A stretch of 64,000 nucleotides of DNA from the human T2T-CHM13v2.0 reference genome, Homo sapiens. Every line of letters starts with the position of its first letter. Position 1 is the stretch's first letter. The stretch lies in assembly GCF_009914755.1 (NCBI RefSeq), contig NC_060933.1; one strand, given 5' to 3'. Made by a program: the position numbers and the translations under genes. The notes under the pieces were generated by a model, which worked only from the letters and a program-made list of their open reading frames with translations, made no database searches and was not told the origin of the DNA. Positions 54,801-64,000 of the stretch are shown here, piece by piece.

Positions 54801-56580
54801 CAGCAGTTTTCAAACTTTTCAGTCTTAGGACTTAGACTCTTAACAATTATTGGAGACTTCGTAAAAGCGTTTGGGTTGGTGGCTTACGTCTATAAATATT
54901 TATTATAATAGAAATTAAAACTAGAAAAATTTAAAGTATTTACTAATTATTTTATTTATTTTTTGAGACAGGGTCTTGCTGTGTCACCCAGGCTGGAGTA
55001 CAGTGGGGCGAACATGGCTCACTGAAGCCTCGACCTCCTGGGCTCAAGTGATTCTCCTACCTCAGCCTCCTGAGTAGCTGGGACCACAGGTGTGCATCAT
55101 TGTGCCCAGCTAATTTTTAATAATTTCCTGTAGAGATGGGGTCTCACTGTTGCCCAGGCTGGTCTTGTACTCCTGGGCTCAAACATTCCTCCTGCCTCGG
55201 CCTCTTGAAGGGCTGGGATTACAGGTGTGAACCACTGCACCCAGCCTATTTTGTTTTATTTTAGAGACAAATTCTCACTCTGTCGCTCAGGCTAGAGTGT
55301 AGTGATATGATCATAGCTGACTTCAGCCTTGATCTTCTGGGCTCAAGTGATCCTCCTGCCCCAACCCCCCTAGTAGCTGGGACCACAGGTGTGTGCTACC
55401 ATGCCCGGCTTAATTTTTAAATTTGTTTATTATAGAGATGAGATCTTGCTGTGTTGCCCAGGCTGGTCTTGAACTCCTGGGCTCAAGCAGTACTCCCACT
55501 TCGCCCCCACAAAGTACTAGAATTATAGGCATGAGCCACCATGGCCAGCCCTAATTAATTTAAAAATAACAACAAGCTATTATATGTTAACCTAAATAAC
55601 TTTTTTTAAAAACAAAAAACCTTAAAATTTAGTGAGAAGAATGGCCTTACTTTTTCATTTTTGCAAACTCACTATGGGCTTGACAGAAGTCAGCTTGAGT
55701 CTCATATCTGCTTCTACAGTCAACTGTTGTCATATGGTTGAAATATATGAAAAGCATTTGACCTCACACAGATATGTCATTGCAAAAGAGAAGACGTTAA
55801 TAGCCTTTTCAGATAATTGTGAATACTATTTTTTGATATTACACCAAAACTTGACAAGTTATAGTTTTGTAAAGGTATGTTGCAATGAGAAGCCTGAAAC
55901 CGTGTCAGTTAACTTTTTGTACTCTGTTTATTTAAGATCACTGGTCTGGTTTTCACTTTGAATGGCTCTTGTACCTATGTGTGCTTTTGTAACATCATGC
56001 GTTGATAATTTGGAAAGTACAGGTTTACTGAATTATGCATATCTTCCAAATTTTGACACATTTCATTATATAATATCAAAATATCGTATTTATGGATATC
56101 AACTCTGAACTCATCAGAAAGTCTACTGGGAAACTGTTAAGCTTACAATGGTGGATGCAAGTTTTTCAAAATTCTGATTTTCACTTGAAAACTCAAATTT
56201 TTTAATTGGCATAATTCTGTCAGCTGTTTTCCTTGGCATGGAAGGCTTACTTGTTTCATTTCTGAGAGAACATCTGCCAAATACCCAACTCCATATAATC
56301 ATAATTTATCATATTTGTTTTCAAGTAAAAATGATGTTCCATGAAGAAAGTGACTTCTGCTCATTACTTAACCATAAAAGTGCTCTTTCTCAAGACAGTC
56401 CTCCTTCAATGTGCAAATACAAGTGCTTTTTTGTGTGCTTCCCATTTGACACACGCAATATTAAAGACATACTCAAAGGTTGATATGTAATAAGATGAAT
56501 AATTGATATTGCTTCATCAAGGACATTCCTAAGTCAAATGGGCTTTTATTGTGTTTGTGTGAATGTATGGTGGTGAAAAA
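54801..56580 (-). mobile_element. Charlie1/Charlie1a hAT DNA transposon fragment, interrupted by two Alus
   Basis: Terminus cagcagttttcaaact; internal aatagccttttcagataattgtg, gacacatttcattata, ctgccaaatacccaa, gcttcatcaaggacattc. Confidence 0.8.
54950..55550 (-). mobile_element. Two tandem AluJ-like elements (54950-55246, 55248-55550)
   Basis: Two full Alu bodies with ctaatta flanks. Confidence 0.93.
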
Positions 56581-56665
56581 TTTTAAAATATATCAAAGAT
56601 TACCTAGCATAGCGTTTCCCGAAGAGTTTTTCCTAGCATATTGGTCCACAAGATGCCGTAGAGCT

Positions 56666-57192
<527 letters not shown>

Positions 57193-57605
57193 TCTAGAGA
57201 GAAATTTTGTGGCCAAATTTATTTGGGAAAAAGTTGGATATGCTATTTCTCCTTGAAGATTTATTACAAATATTAGGATAGGAATACTGAAGAGTCTTAC
57301 CCACAAAAAGTTTTTAAGATTTTGGTTAACCCAGCAATTCCCAAACATATCATATTGTTGGACTATTAGTTAACATTCTATGGAACTAGCTGTAGAACTA
57401 TAGAATTTGTTAATCCCAGTTTTGGAATAGTTCTACTTCAATTATCTTTGTTTTACTGATGAGAAAACTGAAGGGTAGAGTTGGTCACATTACATAACTT
57501 GGAAATTATATAAACATCTCCTTAGGGAAAGTTCAAGAAAAAGATATATACGTATATTTATTGGTAGGGTGACCACTTGTTTTTAATTTGGCATAAAATC
57601 ATTTA

Positions 57606-58266
<661 letters not shown>

Positions 58267-59137
58267 TTAAATCTTGGTTTCTGCCTTCAACTTCTGGTTT
58301 TAGTCTACAACATTGCTTAATGTTTTACTGTGTCATATCCTGGGACAATGATTATTAACCTTTTAAAATTATAGACTGAGATTCTGAAAAGAAAACAAAA
58401 GCTTCACAGATTCTCTCATCAGAATTATTAATATGCACACAACTTGTGTAGGATTTCAGGAGGTCATTGACCTTCTAAACCTATCCATTGACTGCAGATT
58501 AAGAATTCTTCTCTTATGATTCAGGGATAATGAATTTATGGCTATTAACCAACATAACTCTCACTCTTGAATTGTAGTATTAAAAAGCCCACCAATCTGT
58601 AGATGTTTATTAGGTATGTATATTGCATAATTCTACACTGAAGAATCCCGTAAGTATAATATAGTGTCACCACTCACAAGGAATTTAATATTTCCTATGG
58701 CTTAAAACATATTTTTGAAAAAACTTTACATGATAAGACTCATTTTACCTTACCTTAGAAATATTTATGGAAAGCTCTATAAAATTTTAGAGTAAGTGAA
58801 ATACACAGGGTTCAGGAAAGGTTAGTCCTCTAATGAGCAGTAAGAAAAACCATCATGTGCTATATGTGAGCAATGTTTGGGATATCTCTAGGGAAGTGGA
58901 CATTATTATAACTTCCAAACATGTCTTGCATTGATCAGTGATTTTTCTGTCTTCTCACTCCATCAGGGACACCCGTGCAGTAAGATGCAGAATTTCCCAT
59001 CCTGCATTTTTAAGAAAAATGCCAGAAGAGACTCTTTTTCTTCAGGAGTATAAACTGATGCTTTATTTACCAGGCAGTACTGGATTTCAGTGTAGGCCCA
59101 GTTATACAGATTTATAAATCAAAGAGAATATAGATGA

Positions 59138-60143
<1,006 letters not shown>

Positions 60144-60379
60144 TGAGGATTGTTAACTAAAAAGTTTGAGACCCAGATCTGATCCTTATTTTCTGTTGGA
60201 CATCCCTTGAAGAGTTGAGCTGCTTTACAGAGATGGCTTATATCCACTAAAGGCCTGCACTACAGCTAAATTATAATAGGTCATTGGAATGCTTGGCACG
60301 CAAGGCCCTTTATGTGCTAATTCAAACCTGAATCCTTTTGCTTCTTTACATATTATCTGTATTCCTATTTGCCATTCTC

Positions 60380-60675
60380 TGAACTTGCAACATACTGTTA
60401 TTTCTAGTACCTGGAATTCCTCCTGACTTCCATCTTTATCCACCTTTCAAAGATGCTACCTATTGTTTAAAGCTCAATCCGTGAAGCCTACAGATGAAAA
60501 TATTCCTTCCTTGGAACTTAATATCTTCCTGTTAGTCTTTGCACTGAATTAGTTTTTTATACATTTTTTCTCACCAAAGGCCAGGCCTGCATCTTGCTCA
60601 TTTCTGTGTTCCTTATAGCACTGGCAAGAGTTTGAACTTTGTAGTTGTTCAGTAAGCATTTGTTGATTAAATGTA
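60380..60675 (+). mobile_element. L2 fragment
   Basis: Ends gttcagtaagcatttgttgattaaat. Confidence 0.5.
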
Positions 60676-60961
60676 AAACTCCAGAGAAAATAGGTGGTAC
60701 TTAGTATTAACAATTAACATATATTTTTACTTGTATATGGGAATTGATAGGGAGCATCCTCGAATGGGAAAACATCATTTTGGAACTGGACAGGGGTGGG
60801 TGGGAAGAGTAGTTGAATGCTGTCTCCTTGCACGTCTGACCATGCACGGTTTCAGAATTCTTGCTGCCTTAACTACTATTACTACCATTTTACAAGTGTC
60901 TTAGTTTTCATTTTACCCTACACACTGTATAATGCTATTGGTGAATGCAAATGAGGTGTAA

Positions 60962-61237
<276 letters not shown>

Positions 61238-62717
61238 TAAATCTATTGCATGGCTTTCCCCCGTCTGTCACTCCTTGTGTATTATTTTCTGTAAAACTGA
61301 CCAGTTGGTCTTAGATTCTTTTGGCCATATGAGTCTTTTGTACAATGGACAGGTAATTCAACTCATGGTTCCTGTGCTGTCAAGCTTTCCTGTCTGGGAA
61401 TGGTAATGTGGGTTAGCTGCCAGTTTAGTGACTCAGGAAATGAATAGGATTAGTGTCTCTGCTAATGACTTTAGGAATATGTAGCCTTTCCATTCTGATG
61501 CTAAAAGGTATTTTTAAGGATAGTTTTCTGCATATAACTGTTTTAACAAGGGGTATTTTGTAAGAATTTCTTAATGTTACACGGGTTGTGCATAATATGG
61601 GAAAATACTTGGAGATACTGATACTCCTAAGAAGGAAGTGGCATTTCAGTTAATAGCAGTTACCACAAAACTCCAGAATCTGTATTTCCAAATCAAGAAA
61701 GAAAGCCTACCATTTTTCCTGTAAGGATGAAAATTTCCCTTTATCTGAAGCTTTCCCCAAGTTTCACAGGAGTTAGGTAATATATTGTATATGGTAATAA
61801 ATTGTCTACAGTGACCTACTGAGTGACAGAACAGAAGAATTGTCAACGTCATAGTGTACGCTGCCCCTGTAGGGATGCCTCTCGGGGCATTGCTAAAGCT
61901 TATGATGAATCTGCAGCTTTGGAAAGGAGTTTCTATTTTGTTTTTCTTTCTTCTCCCATGGAATCTGACAGAGGTGATAATTATCATCCAAATCTCACAG
62001 TATTAAAGGAAATAACTAAGATAGCTTCTCAACTGGAAAACAAAGTGTGTGGAGCATTTTCAGTGTTTTTCATTTTAGCTCTTTATTTTCATCTCAGTTC
62101 CTGCCCATCCTTTTGTACATGGGCTAGCACAGTACCTACTAGTCTCCCTGTCTCCAGTCCTACTGCCCTCCAGCCCATCCTCCATATCCCTTGTCTGTTT
62201 CTATAACATCACCGTGCTACCATGATTGCTTTGCTTGAAAACCACAGTAGCTTTCCAATGCTCGATACATGCATACTTCACATATACACTCCTTAACCTG
62301 ACATTTAAGGCCTGTTCCTGTCTGCATTACTTCTTTGTTGTTGTGAAGATTTTATTATTCTTTTTTCTATTTTAAAAATGCCAAGCTCACTATGGAAAGT
62401 TTGGAAAATATATGGAATAAAAGGATGAAGGATAAAAGTTAACCTCATTTTTATTACCTAAAGAAAAAATCACTATAAATGTTTTACAATATTCTCTCTC
62501 TTTTTGTTTGTTTGGGGGCTTTTTAAAAGAAATATTTCTGTGATGGGTCAATATGCATAATTTGGTCTGCTTTTTAAAAAATTTACCATGAATACATGAA
62601 CATTTTCATGTAGTATAAGCTCTAATTATTAATAGCATTTTAACAATTGAAGTTACCAAATGGATATAAAATAAATAATGTCCTTAGCATTCCCTTATGC
62701 ATTCCCTATGCACTCCA

Positions 62718-62968
62718 CCCAGGCTGGAGTGCAGTAAATGATGCTATCATGGCTCACTGCAGCCTCGACATCCCATGCTCGAGTGATCTTCCTGCTTCTG
62801 CCTCCCGAGTAGCTGGGAGGCATTTGCCACCATGCTCGGATAATTTTTGTATTTTTTGTAGAGATGGTGTTTCACCATGTTGCCCAGCCTGGTCTTGAAC
62901 TCCTGAACTCAAGCTATCCTGCCTCCCAAAGTGCTGGGATTATAGGCAGGAGCCACCATGCCCAGCCA
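62718..62968 (-). mobile_element. Truncated AluJ-like
   Basis: cccaggctggagtgcag...atggctcactgcagcctcga...gagccaccatgcccagcc. Confidence 0.88.
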
Positions 62969-62989
62969 ACTATTAATTTTCATATAATT

Positions 62990-63240
62990 TCTTCCTTTCT
63001 TCCTTCCTTCCACAAATATTTATTGGTACTGAGGATATATTGGTAAACAAGACAGATTAATATACTTGCCCCAATTGAGCTTATATTCTACTTGAGGAAA
63101 CAGACAGTAAACAGGTGAACAAATATACCATAACATTCTATTTAATAATGTAATTAAATGTAATAGGGTGATAAGTGGTATGCAGAAAAATAAAGCAAGT
63201 CAAGGGGAGAGAAAATGGAGAGGGTACTATTTTAGATAGA
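62990..63240 (-). mobile_element. L2 3'-end fragment
   Basis: cacaaatatttattgg...gagcttatattcta...gataagtggtatgcagaaaaataaagca. Confidence 0.6.
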
Positions 63241-64000
63241 TTTTTATTTAAACTAACATTTTAATGAAAATCTTCATTGATTGAACCTTTTTGGTCTTTA
63301 GGATTATTTCCTAAGGATCAATTCTTAGAAATGGAATTATTAGATCTGAGTTTGAACATTTTCAGTGTTCTTATTTATATATCACTAAATTGTTCTTTCC
63401 TGTGTTTCTTCCAAAATGAAATGCTTCATGGAATTATGTTTCTACTGCTTAGAATTCCTTCTTTTCCTAAGTCTAACCACTTACTTCCCTGGCTCCCACA
63501 ACAAACTGTCTCTCTAAGCTGGTTACCAGTAATGAGTCATCATCTGTGAGGGTATCTGGAATGGAGCCCGGAATGGAACCAGTGCTTGTACTTGTTGGAT
63601 CTAGTGAGATCTTGCTCATCGTTCCGGATCTGGTCTAAATGCTCGCTTTTCAGAAAATCCACCTTAATCACCCTGCTGGACTAGCCCTTCCTTCCCTTGA
63701 ACACTTATACTATGTTTACGCAACTATTCAGACTGAAAGTCATGTAGGCTCCTTTTTCTTGTAGTTTTTCATGAACATTTCTTCTCTCCCTTAGTAAGCC
63801 ACAGTGTCATTGAAAGCAACAGCCAAGACTTACACATTTGCATTCCCCACAATTCTAGCAAATGACTTACATGTTAGAGGCTACCAAAAATAATTTATTG
63901 ACTGGCCAGATGAATGAATAATTCCACTTAATACTTTGTAACAGCTCAAATCAGGGTTAGAGAGGTAGCATCAGACGACAAAAAACATTTTAAAATTATT

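Overview
Eukaryotic genomic DNA from a simian primate (AluY and THE1 present), most likely human. The window lies inside PBX3, a TALE-class homeobox gene, on the + strand. It holds about 47 kb of the 3' part of a very long intron, two canonical coding exons (47068-47309, 242 nt, with a 9-Ala tract; 61034-61224, 191 nt), the 13.7-kb intron between them and the start of the next intron. From my recollection of the gene model these are exons 3 and 4. Both ends of the window are repeat-rich (old L1, THE1 LTR, Tigger2a, Charlie1, MER33, MADE2, about 20 Alus). The middle (~13.7-48.2 kb) is very repeat-poor and contains an intronic CpG island and several unique blocks that look like developmental enhancers. 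No new protein-coding system is present; every other ORF is explained by Alus, L1, microsatellites, GC-richness or chance. The best leads are regulatory hypotheses: (1) PBX-HOX and PBX-MEIS/PREP motifs inside PBX3 itself, suggesting autoregulation; (2) a possible internal promoter at the CpG island; (3) unusual splice architecture at exon 3 (105-nt AG-free zone, weak donor, in-frame stop then AATAAA). Repeat family names are by eye from remembered consensi, and motif calls are not statistically tested.
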